DNA of 63,985 nt, the filler included, from Octopus bimaculoides (Eukaryota), in NCBI RefSeq assembly GCF_001194135.2. It is 7 parts of 6 records of this genome, joined end to end, with 100 filler letters (N's around TTAATTAATTAA, not from the genome) between each part and the next. Parts side by side here need not be neighbours in the genome. Positions count along the whole stretch, not along the records: positions 23,202 to 32,745 come from NC_068988.1; positions 32,846 to 53,225 come from NC_068981.1; 5 more parts are not named here. The stretch is one strand, 5' to 3'. Positions 26,458 through 39,250 of the stretch are shown one piece after another; within the stretch, counting starts at the first letter, position 1, and each line of letters starts with the position of its first letter. Below the pieces are notes generated by a model. That model was given only the letters and a program-made list of their open reading frames with translations, was not told the origin of the DNA and searched no databases. A program made the position numbers and the translations under genes.

Positions 26458-27384
26458 GTAAGACATAAAAATTAATTTTCGAGGTACAATGAATAAGACC
26501 GACTAAAAGAGGGTAGACACAAAATGCAAGAAGGTACAAAAACAATACTACAAAAGGTGAGAAGATGAATACTTAAGAGGAAAGAATAAAAAAAAAACAT
26601 TGCAAACTGAAAATGCTGAGTAAGTTAATTGCTAGAGAGAGACATGGTATTCTGGCTGACGGCCAAGTAACGAACCTCGTATCAATTGAAAGGATTATAT
26701 TATTTAAATATTATTCAAAACAGAGGAAATGGAAGAGTTAAACCTAATAGTCAGCGACTATACCTTTCCACTAAAATATTTTATGGGTATGAATTCTTCC
26801 ATCATACAGTATTATTGCTCTAAATAAAGGATGCGAGCAACTTGGAGTTTCTGCAGGCAATGCACGCATATGTAGCTTCTAATGTAATATCATTACAGGG
26901 AAACTAAATAAACAATAACTTTATGAAATTTGTTAGGTTTTTGGCGGACGCTTTTTCCAACGAACGTATTTCGGACATCGAATATATTTTCCATTCATAT
27001 GCCCTATTCATATATTGAAACAAATTCAATATCTCTCCTTCAGTAGCTTGCCGAAAAGATGATGGGGTACTATATTAATCAATGAGGAATTGGAGATAAC
27101 AAAACTTAGAAATGATTGAAAGATATTGGGGATATTTAATTAATTCATGGCGTAGCTATTATGGCATTGGGGTGATCTTTCGAAGATTATAGTTTTTCTG
27201 CACAATTATCTTCATTAACAAAATTAGCCGAATCCCATGCATTTGAAGCAAGAATCAGAAACACGAATATAGATTATATGAGTGTATTTTGCAACAAATT
27301 TACTAAAACATTCAATGGCTAAAAACAACAACAAAAAAATGTAGTTCCTGAATAAATCAATTTCGATTTATTCATTATACTTAC

Positions 27385-27458
27385 CTTGTACAACTTGAAA
27401 GTGCTTACTTTTGAAGAGGGTAGTCATTAAAGCAGGGGATTTTCGACTCAAATATTTC
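27385..27458 (-). CDS. Weak minus-strand exon candidate (phase 2 to 1)
   Basis: ttacataag|G AAA TAT...CAA G|gtaagt; KYLSRKSPALMTTLFKSKHFQVVQ. Phase-compatible with 24019-23954. Confidence 0.25.
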
Positions 27459-27950
27459 CTTATGTAAATTTTGAAAGAATTAAAATATCAGGGAAACATC
27501 GCTAAGAGATAATGAAATTAATCCACTGAAACTTATCTTTTACCAGTTTGTTTAAATGTATTGAAAATTTGGCTAAGAAGTTTTACTGAAATTTTACAGT
27601 GTTATTATAAACAGAGTTATATTAAATATGGAATCTCTTTGATATTCATTGTCTGTTGAAATATTAGAAACGTACATACAAATTGTGCATCGTTACTTGT
27701 CGAACTAATATTAATCAGGCACAAAGACATATCATAATGATGAAGGTAAAACCTTGATTAGGAATCTTCGTCTTTTATTATTTTTTTGTGTGAATTTTCC
27801 CTATATNNNNNNNNNNNNNNNNNNNNNNNNNNNNNNNNNNNNNNNNNNNNNNNNNNNNNNNNNNNNNNNNNNNNNNNNNNNNNNNNNNNNNNNNNNNNNN
27901 NNNNNNNNNNNNNNNNNNNTATATATATATATATATAGATAGATAGATAT

Positions 27951-28020
<70 letters not shown>

Positions 28021-28559
28021 GAACGCAAACATGTCAGGCATGAAACTGAAATTGTATGACATTGTATACAATGTCAAAGAAGGAGAGGAAGACAGAAATA
28101 ATTGAGAGTATACTAGATACAACCAACTTACCAAGTTAATTGAATAATTAAGATCATCTAACCAAAACAAGGAACCTAATTTGAAAATCATAACAAACAA
28201 CTAATAACCCAACAACACAAAGAACTGGATGGAGTGCAATAATATCAGTGACCTTGAGGCACCCTGTGTGACGAAATTTTTGATACTAAAGCATAAATGT
28301 TTGAGTGAAGTGAAACGGCTATGTGTATTTTTGACTGGCTAATATGTCTTCTGCGTCGATATCATACCCCTACCACCCACCACCCACACAAACACACACA
28401 TATATACATTATATGCATACATACACACACAGTCACACACCCGCATACACATATTCATTTATATATACATACACATACATATTGTTTTTTACGGTGAAAC
28501 TTCCAATGACTTGCTTGGAGTCCGAATTTACATTTTGCTAATTGTTTGATTGAATTTAG

Positions 28560-28612
28560 GAGAAAGCAAATCGGTTGTACAATTATTATCCGACGAAAAT
28601 CATTTCTCGAAG
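28560..28612 (+). CDS. Candidate internal exon, same unidentified gene (phase 2 to 1)
   Basis: Branch-like gctaat, acceptor atttag|G, donor AAG|gtaaat. The frame RKQIGCTIIIRRKSFLE bridges the phases of the 26364 and 31197 candidates exactly. Confidence 0.5.
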
Positions 28613-30666
28613 GTAAATGTCTTAATAAGAATAAAGTTAGCAATTATAAAATTGGAGTAAACAAGTTAAATTGAATTGAAATTGACGTTTGTCTCTTTTT
28701 TTAATAGTCGCAAGAATGTGAGAAAAATAAAAATATGTAGAAACGTGAGTGGATGCAGGCATCAAATATTTATGAATAGACAACTTCGCATGTATTTTTA
28801 AGTAAGACAGTGAGAAAAAGGACTATTCGTAATCTAAAATTCATAATATACGGAAAGAAGTCAATATTGTCACCCAATAACCAAAGAGATTATACTTAGT
28901 GTTTGCACGATTTACTTACCCATGCGAATATACCTAAAAATCTTGTAGACAGAAAGACTGAATGGGAAGGTAAAAGAAAATTATAATATTTCGAACCAAC
29001 GCTTGGTATATTAGTTCGCACTTTGATCGTTTATGTTTCGCAAAGCTAAAGTAGTAATGTCAAAAATACATCTAGTGAAAATATAAAATCTAGATGCAAG
29101 TAAATCATCTAGCAACAACAATGAATGCAGATTTGTAGAATTTTCACCATATATATTACTTACATTAGAATCTGTTCTCGTCAAATGAATTCACGCAAAA
29201 AACCCGTGCATGGAGCATGGTGTTGGAGTGAAAAGTTTATAGACTGCAGTACGATAAAAAGAAAACGAAAGACAGAAATTCAAATTATAACTATGCGCAA
29301 CACATATTCACTCATTACTGAAGTTTTCTGTTTAACTCTCAATAAAATGTTGTCATAATAAACAAAACTTAATGTACATTGATAGAGAAGCGAATGCATT
29401 CTATAATGGAAGAGACTGTCTGTACACATATTTCTCTAATGTTAAAATTAAATACAAAAGAAAACTTGAGAAATTTCCTAGTGGATTATAACTTTAGATT
29501 TATATCTGTGATTATTAATAAGCTTGAATATTAAACTTATTTCCTGGCGCTATTAGTAAGAGGCTGCACATAAAAAGTCTTCAAAGGATATACCTATCTA
29601 GGAAATTACAATTAGAAGACAATTATGTAAATTTTACAAAGTATATTATATATGCACGCCGTTTATCCACTAAGTGAAATTACATGTATATATATAAATA
29701 AAGTCCTACGTGCTATGAAACACGTTTGCATACATACGTCTGCAAATACATGCATTCATAATTGCATACAACTAAACATAAATACCTTTATACATGCATT
29801 ACATACATGCATTAGCATGAAACTGAAAATATGCTTATGTAGACAAGGAAAGTCTATAGATGCTTCTCGACAAAACGTTCATCAGATATAGATATATCAG
29901 ATCCTATATACTTAATTGAGAGAGAAAGGCAGATTATGAGGAGTTGTAGAGACCAGTTACTTCATATCAAGAGAAAAGCAAGAGTAACTATTTACAACAA
30001 TCACTTGGAAGCTTTATACTTCTCGGTTTTGGATATGAATTTCAAATAGTAACTATAATTAATGGTTTATAACGAGAGAATCTCAATGCCCAGTCTATGA
30101 TTTTGCTCAGCTGAGGTTTTACGGAAGAGAAAATCAGCAGCTTTCAAGTACTTCTAATGTACGTTACGTACTAATTCTTTCTAATGTTGGCAGAAGGCCA
30201 GATATCCTGAGGTGAGGGGAAGTTGGTTATGTCGACTCCGTGCTCAGCTGACACGAATTTACTGATCTCGAAAGCATAAAGTGCAACGTCTACCTTGGTG
30301 GAAAATATTTAATAATGAAAATTCATTCCTTAAACTTCAGCAAGTATCACTTCACCTGTGTCAATATCTAACTTTTAGAGCTTTGTTTCATTCTTAGCAA
30401 TAGACACGAGTTCTATATCGAAAGACTTAAAATAATTGAAACGAGATGTATACATTTATGCACACATAGGCAATATTCTAAAAATTTAACACCAACTCAT
30501 GCAAAAAAACATCTATGTATGTATCTTTCTGTCAGTCTGTCTATCTGCCTCTATATCTGCATGCCTGCTGCCTGTTTGTCTGTCAGTCTGTCTTTTTTCC
30601 TGCCTATCTGTAGTTTTCACTCTCTCTCTCTCTATCCAACTATCTGTCTATTTATCTATCTATCTG

Positions 30667-30713
<47 letters not shown>

Positions 30714-31196
30714 ATCTATCTATCTATCCATCTATCTATCTACCTATTTGTAGCTAAATCTATAGCTGTCTCACTGAAATTGCCATCATTTATCTGACGC
30801 CTCTTTCTTTCTCGTTTAAAGACTATCACTTTCTTTAAAGAGAGAGGAGGAGCTTCTTTCTGCATTGGCAAGAAACTTAGAAATATAAACGAAATAGCCT
30901 TTATACATATATATGCATATATACTTACCTACCTGCGTTTATGCATACATACATACATACAATCTTACATACATGTGTACAGTGATGCATGCATACACAC
31001 ATATACATGCGTACATAAATGTATACATACTTATGTGCGTACATACAAATTCCGAAGTTGGAGATATGATTTTTTTGGTACAATCTCGTTCTTTCCTAAT
31101 AAGAATTCATATAATTAAATAATAAATGTAACTGACACCATGAGTTGTCCATAGATGAAATTCTTTTCATGCATATATTTAAACCTACTTTCACAG

Positions 31197-31267
31197 ATAA
31201 AGTGTTATTGACAAGTTCTGTCGGAGAAGAGGGCCAAAAGCTTCAGGTTATTACAGACAAACTTTCG
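31197..31267 (+). CDS. Candidate internal exon, same unidentified gene (phase 1 to 0)
   Basis: ctactttcacag|AT AAA GTG...CTT TCG|gtgagt; translates (D)KVLLTSSVGEEGQKLQVITDKLS. Confidence 0.55.
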
Positions 31268-31866
31268 GTGAGTATTTTATTATTCAGAGAGATTCTGCTA
31301 AGCAACAACAAAGCACGTCATTCATTGAAGAGAAGTGAATTCAATGTGTGCTAAAATTTTGATGACATAACCTGTGACCAAACATTTACTAGACAAGCGT
31401 TCCTTAACAAATGCTATTCTATTTCGTGAGAAACCGTCTCCTTTTCCATAAGAATACTTAAGTTGATTAAAAACGAATAAAAGCTGTATATAAATACACA
31501 CAATAATACGCACATGTATATTTACACATTTGCATTTTGAACTACCTTGTAACCGTCCAAAAACTGAATTGAATTGATTTTATAAACAATTCCTAAACAT
31601 TACTCAAAAATACTTGGAAATTCCTAACGATGGAAGAGAGCCCCCGAACGGTAGACTGCAAATAAAATCAAAAGTTTCTGAGAGATTATGATATTTTTCT
31701 AATATTCAACATGCAATACTTTTGTGTTGATGCTATCTCAATTCCAATGATAAAGCATTGTATCTTAGTTGCAAAACATCCGTTTTCTCTACAATAATAT
31801 TTCAAGGAATCAAATAGGGAGAATAGACGCACGCATAACTAACACACACACACACACACACAATAG

Positions 31867-31915
<49 letters not shown>

Positions 31916-32024
31916 AAGCCAGTACATGTATATGTATATTTGTATATACTTTTACTTGTTTCAGTCATTATATATTTACACACACACACATACATATATA
32001 CATACATACACATACACACACACT

Positions 32025-32064
<40 letters not shown>

Positions 32065-32092
32065 GATATATAGATATATGTATGTATGTATG

Positions 32093-32126
<34 letters not shown>

Positions 32127-32789
32127 TGTATGTATGTATGTGTATCAGTACACATATCCTTCTCTACAATTCTATAATTACTTGTCTTTACTTTTCATAT
32201 ATTTGATGTTACCTGTTTAAAGTCCCAGTTATTCTCCTGTTTTGACTTTCACTTTTTTCTGTTCTTAAATCATATTATGTTCTGAAAAATAATCTATATC
32301 TGCTGTTCATTGCTCTTTAAAAATAACGTATTTTTATTCCCCCATGGTGCTTTCAAAACTACTTGGCTCTTAACATGTTTATTTAGTATTTTCGATTTTC
32401 GCCATGAAATCTAGATTACCTTTTTATTTTTTTTATTTTATTAGATTCATATCTAATTTCACCAAATTTAATGATAGTACAGGAAGAAATAAATTGCATC
32501 TTTTACTTGCGACATTGAGAGATATTTCTGTTATTCTGAAATCCAATTTCTTTTACTATAAATTGTATAATGCACTACATTTTTTCCTTTTTACTTTTCC
32601 CAACAAAATTCGATATTACTTATACATATATATAGTATGGGTTTCAAAATAAAAAAGATATAATAAACATATTCTATAAAGAAAACAATACAAATAAAGA
32701 TGGTAATTTCATATATGTGATGAGTGGTATATCTTTCTTCTATAGNNNNNNNNNNNNNNNNNNNNNNNNNNNNNNNNNNNNNNNNNNNN

Positions 32790-32801
32790 TTAATTAATTA
32801 A
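32790..32801. other. Assembly spacer TTAATTAATTAA
   Basis: Same N44-linker-N44 layout. Confidence 0.95.
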
Positions 32802-33682
32802 NNNNNNNNNNNNNNNNNNNNNNNNNNNNNNNNNNNNNNNNNNNNTATATATATATATATATATGCATATACATATATGTTTGTGCATGTGTCTTTGTGT
32901 TTTTCCCCACCACTGCTTAACAACTGGTGTTGGTGTGTTTACGTCCCCATAACTTAGCAGTTCAGCAAAATAGACTGATAGAATAATCAACAGACTAGGT
33001 ATCTGACTCAAAGGAAAAAATAAGCCCCAGCATGGCCACCATCTCATGACTGAAACAAGTAACAGATAAAAGCTAAATCATCTACTTTCTGTGCCCTCAG
33101 TTATTTCTCCTTTCCCACTCAGTTATATCTTAAGTGTGCTATACCTTCTTTAACATCTCTCATGTCTGCGAACACCCTCTCATAACTGCCACTGATGCCA
33201 CCCCCATTGTCATCATTGCTCCACTCACCATAACCACCCATATGTACCTCTGACCTCCATTTCATCCACTGTATATTTTCTTCTCCCTACTCTCACACTA
33301 CATATCATTTCCCTACTTTCTGATTTATCTACAGGTTAATGATATGGCAGCTCTCTTCCCTTCCTGTGCTGTCACTTGTTACCTCCTCCCTCCTGAATCA
33401 CTTTCTCCATACTGCTATTTACCATCAACCACACCTCTAGCCTTGTTCATCATTCACTGATATCTCTACCTCTAACAATCTATCTCTCCTCTCACATTAT
33501 CTATACTCTCCTTTCCCTTGATCCACAGTCCATATTACCTCTAATAACTTCTCGAATGTTGAAAGTATACTCAGGCAACATTGTTACTACCACCTTTATG
33601 TTCTTTCCAGCTACTACCACTCACCTTTACATAATGCAAGGTAGCCATGTATCTTATCTATAAAAGGCAGATTTTTCTCTCT

Positions 33683-33759
<77 letters not shown>

Positions 33760-33769
33760 TGTGTGTGTA

Positions 33770-35400
33770 TGTTGAAAATTCATACATTTACACAATTCCA
33801 AATTTCTTGGATGAAAGAATCGCAATTAATATTCTAAATGCCATAACTTAGGTCACAGCGTCATTTTTTCAGTCAAAATAACTTCCAATTACGAATAAAA
33901 TCCATAAAACTACACAAATTAACATTTTTCCCTCTAATAAAATCTAATTTCCTCTTTCTAATACTTTTACAAATCCTTTCAACTCCTACTTTCTCTTATG
34001 AACCTTTACGAACGATCCAACAACAAATACAAAAAGAAAGGAAGGAGAAACACTGACAGTAAAAGAAACAGACACAATACAAATCCTACGTCAATACACA
34101 CATATACATACACATGCGTACTTCCCAACACAATTTCTCTGTACAAGTCACTTTTACATTGACAGTCAAACATTTCATTCAATACAAACTGTGTCCAACT
34201 TTACTTGATGAAATATTTGGATTTCATTTCCTTAACAATACAAACTGTGAGTTACCTCAAAATCTTTTTTAAAACACATTTACTTAATACCATGTAACTT
34301 TAACATTTGCAGTCAAACATTTATTCAATACAAACGGTGTCCACATTTACTGTCCATACAAACTGTGAGTTTCTTGAATTTCGTTTTAACTGCTACTTTC
34401 TATTATGAACCTTTACAAACGATCCAACAAAATATTCAACAAGAAAGGAAGCAGAAACACTAGGAAAACAGTCAAACTGTAAGTTTTTTCAAATTCTTTT
34501 TTAAAACACATTTAATCACATACATACAAACACCTGTCACTTTATTTATTTATTATTGGCTGTATCCTTTCAACTCCAACTTTCTCTTATGAACCTTTAC
34601 AAACGATCCAACAACAAATACAAAAAGAAAGGAAGGAGAAACACTGACAGTAAAAGAAACAGACACAATACAAATCCTACGTAAACACACACATATACAT
34701 ACACATGCGTACTTTCCAACACAGTTTCTCTGTACAAGTCACTTTTACATTGACAGTCAAACATTTCATTCAATACAAACTGTGTCCAACTTTACTTGAT
34801 GAAATATTTGGATTTCATTTCGTAAATACCATCTCTTAAGTCATACACTCAGTTTCTCTCTCAAAATAACTCCTAATTATGAATAAAATCCATAAAAATA
34901 CATATATAACCATTTTCCCCTGTAACACAATGTCATTTCCTCTTTCTATAACAACTTTCACCCTTTATTTGGCACATGAAATGCCACCTATACACTTACA
35001 TACAAATATACAGATACATGCAAATACCTGTCACTTATGTACCTATCGTTACCAATGACCTCATTATCATTGGCCCGAATTCTAACTTCACTTCTCATTC
35101 CTAACACCGTCCTTCACCAACATAACAACAACTACCTTTCACATTTCGGAGGTCCCAGTTCCCAGTGGGGCCATGCTTCGCAATGTCAATTAACAAAGCA
35201 CAGGGACAAACACTGTCTGTCGTGGGAATACATTTAGGGGAGCCATGTTTCTCTCATGGTCAGCTTTACGTTGGCTGCTCGCGTGTGGGCAGCAAGAGTG
35301 ATACTTTCGCGTTTGTTCCACAAGGAAAAACAAAAAAACATTGTGCATAAGGAGGTTTTATAGGATTACTTCGATTCCTAATTTTATTAATTTAAACAAT
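33770..35400 (+). mobile_element. Helitron-derived region with a PIF1-helicase C-terminal fragment and internal direct repeats
   Basis: FTFRRSQFPVGPCFAMSINKAQGQTLSVVGIHLGEPCFSHGQLYVGCSRVG (about 35127-35290). A 258-bp direct repeat lies at 33973-34230 and 34564-34821. The outer boundaries are approximate. Confidence 0.7.
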
Positions 35401-38400
35401 TTTTAAAATTTCTTACTTTTTGTCAGTAATTTCTAAGTAGGTGTAGGTTCATATTCATTGCAGTGCACTTGACACTCCCAAATATCCGCCATAAAAACGC
35501 TGATTCTTGCTGCGTTACAAAACTTCATTACAAATCAGAACCTGCTCAAAAATCACCTGTTGTTACTCACCAACACCCATTGGGCAGGCATTAGTCAGGA
35601 CGATGGACAGGTTAGTATTTCAATTCCATACGACTCTCAAAGAGTCAACAATGCTTTTATGACGAGATTTACATTTTTAGGCAGTTCTCTGCAATTACTT
35701 CACACTTCACGAACACCTGCACTCCACTCAGTTCTATTTCACTCACTTCGTCAGTACAGCAGCCTCATCTTCTACATCCGACGTACATGATACATCTCCC
35801 CCTTCCATCTCCTCTCTCACCATTACAGTTTACTACATCGGCAACATTATCGCAAGATACCATTTGAAAACCAAGCAACATATCATTTCATACAACAACA
35901 AATGTAATCATAACGACGATCAATGAAACAAATGCATTAAAATAATTACATGAAGAAGTAACTATCTCTACACAACATTACAATTTATATAAAATAACAA
36001 AACTTAAACAGTCGATAAAACTAAATACATACATCCTCTCTCTCACCATAATATTTTACACCATTACATTTTACATCAAATACAAACTATTCTAAAGCAA
36101 CAGGTCATTTTACACAACATCTTGATGAGACACATATTCTGATTCATCTATTCAGCACCACTACAGTCTTGCCCATCTGACATATGATGAGTAGATGCTA
36201 TATTTTCAAACTTACCCATATTTACTAACCCATGATTAATCCTCATCTTTCCTCCATAGGGCATCTATTCTGTTTTCACAGACCATGAAGTTTTGTAACA
36301 GCACGTCCACTACCGTTGATGGAAAAGGAAGATGCCGTATTCACTTGCGAACGTTTTACACACCCTTACATGACTACCTAAGACATTGTTACAATTGTGA
36401 GAACAATAAAACAGCCTTTTCAGGGCCACCTCAAATTCTATTGTTACCCACTTCTGAGAGTGTTGCAATGCTCTTGGCAGGGCTTTCTGTCCAGTTGCAA
36501 AAAGATTGGTTGGTCGTCAACTTATAGCCATCTTTGCCTCAATAATCATAATTGTGTAGAATCATTAACAGTACTTTAAAGCAATTAAGACCCAAGCAAC
36601 GCTGGGCACTTCTGCTAGTCTCATCTATAGCAAAATACCTGTACTTGTCCTTCTATCATAACACTTGTGCTTGTCCTTTCAACACCTGGTATAAAGCCAC
36701 CTCCCCTTTCTCCCCTCCCAAATATGCTCTCACTCAGTCAAGAGGACATTTTCTGTTTTTTTATCTTGCAAGTTACTTGATGACCTCACAAGTGTTGGTG
36801 ACACAAAAAATAGCACCCAGTACACACTGCAAAGAAACTGATGTTAGAAAGGACCCCAAAATGTAGAAACCATGCCAAAGCTGACATTGGAGTTTGATTT
36901 CAATCCTGCAGTTTGCCAGATCCTGTCAAATCATCCAATTCATGCCAGCATGCAAAACTGATGTTAAATGATAATGGTGATGCAACATTTGTCATGGGGG
37001 TTATAGCAGTACAGTATGTTGGTGCAGCAACAGCAGCAGTAGTAGTAGTGGTGGTGGTGGTAGTGGTGGTGGTGGTAGTGGTGGTGGTGGTAGTGGTGGT
37101 GTTGGTATGTTCTTTAAATGGCAACATTAGCAATGAAAGTATTAATGGAATTGATCGCTAATGCAGTTGTAGTTAGTGGTGAGAAAAAGATGGGTTGCTT
37201 TAATGGTGAGTTCATTGTTTTCAACAGTAGCCATATAGTCTGAACTGTTGACCTGATTTAGTTTTGGTGTCAGAAAATAATCTAAGAAGTGAATTTGTCA
37301 TCATATAGTTGCATAGAAATGTTTGTGTTGCATATACAAGCACATGTCTATATGTGTGCTGTATATATGGAATATATATAAACTGAAATCAATGTCTTGT
37401 TCCACTGAAATGTGCCTCATATTAAAACAAACAGAACAGTAGACAATGACCAATTCTGCTAGTTTCTACACCAGCTAAGACATGCTACCAAAAAGGGGTC
37501 TTCTGCTATAGTGCAGAGCTGAGTGAATTTGATAGTCAGATGCTAGAAAAAGCCCCTCTCTCTCTCTCTCTCTCTCTCTCTGTGCATGCGTGCGTGTGTG
37601 CAGGGGTATGCATATATCCCTTTGTCTTGACATCACACAATAGTTGTAAATGAGTTTCACCATCATACAAGCAGTGTTGTTCATTTCCAGTATTTGGTGA
37701 AAATATTTTATCATGGAGAAATATTATTTTGCTTGGAAACAAATGAGAGTTGGTGACAGGAAAGGCATCTGACCATGCAAAAATCAGCCTCAGTGAATTC
37801 CATCAGTTCCATGCAAGCATGGAAAAGTGGGCATTAAAATGACAATGATGATACATATAGACATGGTCATGTGATTAAGAAATTCATTCTACAGCCAATA
37901 CAGAACAAATCCAATCCTAAAATCTTGGAACAAGTGTCTTCAGTTTCAACCTTAAGTTGACCAAAACCATTTGAATGAATGTGAGAGAAGTCTACCAGTA
38001 CAATTGTCAATAGGATTTTACTGTATCTCTATGACCTGTAACCAGGTTGTAGAGATACAACAAAATTCTTTTGATACTTTATACAAAATAATACTATCAC
38101 AAAATAATACTATCACAAAATAAAATAAGTAAATATGTGAATTTTAAATGGTTGTTACATTTCATCCACAATACAAGTGTTACATATTTAAACCTAATTC
38201 TGCATAATTTTGAAGTTGAAACACCTTTTTTTACAAAGAATACTATTATTCTCACTGATTATTCTAATATATTTTCCAAGTTTTACATATTAACAAACTT
38301 ACCTTACGATTATTGTAGTGAACACAACCTAAATCTGAGGTATTTTTCAATTCACACATCAAACATTCTGGATTTTTCAAGCACATACTCTCAATGTCAA

Positions 38401-38529
38401 CTCCTTCACAGTAGTCAATTTCTATTTCAGGCTGAAAAAAAGGGAGGAAACAATAAAAATATCACACAATATCAATGCATATGTTGATGAAAAGAAAGGC
38501 AATTACAATAATATAATGTTAATATTAAA

Positions 38530-39250
38530 CATTTATAATTGAAATCAACACTAATGCTCTATAGGTTGAAAGAAGCTGGTTGAAGAGGTAAGAAAGATAC
38601 TTAAATAGTATCTGTCAGTTCATTAAGGTTAGGTGAGTAACATGTCTACAAGATGCAAGGATTTCTTTTCAAAGTTCTAAATGCGAAAATATTCTCTGAC
38701 AGCTGGGCAGAAACACAAAGCAAATCAATCTTGAAACATTGTTCTAGTGATGTGCTTTTTTTTTTTATTGAAACGCCATATAACAGAGAATTCTTTATTA
38801 GCTAATGGTGTCTCAGAATGGGTTTCTGAGCCAGTGGGTTCAGCTTTAGACCTCCATAAAGGTTACCACCAAGTAGGAGTATCGTAAAATCTTTGGCAGC
38901 CTTGAAACCTGGTGCAGGTTTTTCTTCTTAAGAAAATGTGAGTCAATTTCAGCATTCATTTCCAAAACAAGCCTGTCTCATCTACATTAAAATTTAGCTA
39001 TAGTGTGTATCCTCCTTTGTCAACATTTTTCAGTAAAGTTGGAAAAGCAGCTGCAGCTGCTGTGCTGCTTTATCTGTGCTTGCAGGCTCTTCTGCTATCC
39101 TATATCTGTTGCAAATCTCAATGATTCTAGAAACACTCAAGCCAACCACAACTTGTTGCCACAAAATTTTCTTAGTATCAGGACCCTATATTTTCGTTAG
39201 GTTATCAAATATACTTGAAATTTACATTTGTATGACTTGTAGCAGACATG
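38530..39250 (-). mobile_element. Tigger/pogo-type (DDE_1) transposase remnant
   Basis: EEPASTDKA; FNVDETGLFWK (about 38991-38959); EEKPAPGFKAAKD..ILLLGGN..GLKLNP. Multiple stops and frameshifts. Confidence 0.8.

Noticed and set aside
28131-28956. Extra minus-strand micro-exon candidates (28174-28131 and 28956-28919)
   Set aside because: The donors are good, but their phases do not chain with the other minus candidates, and such donors are expected by chance.
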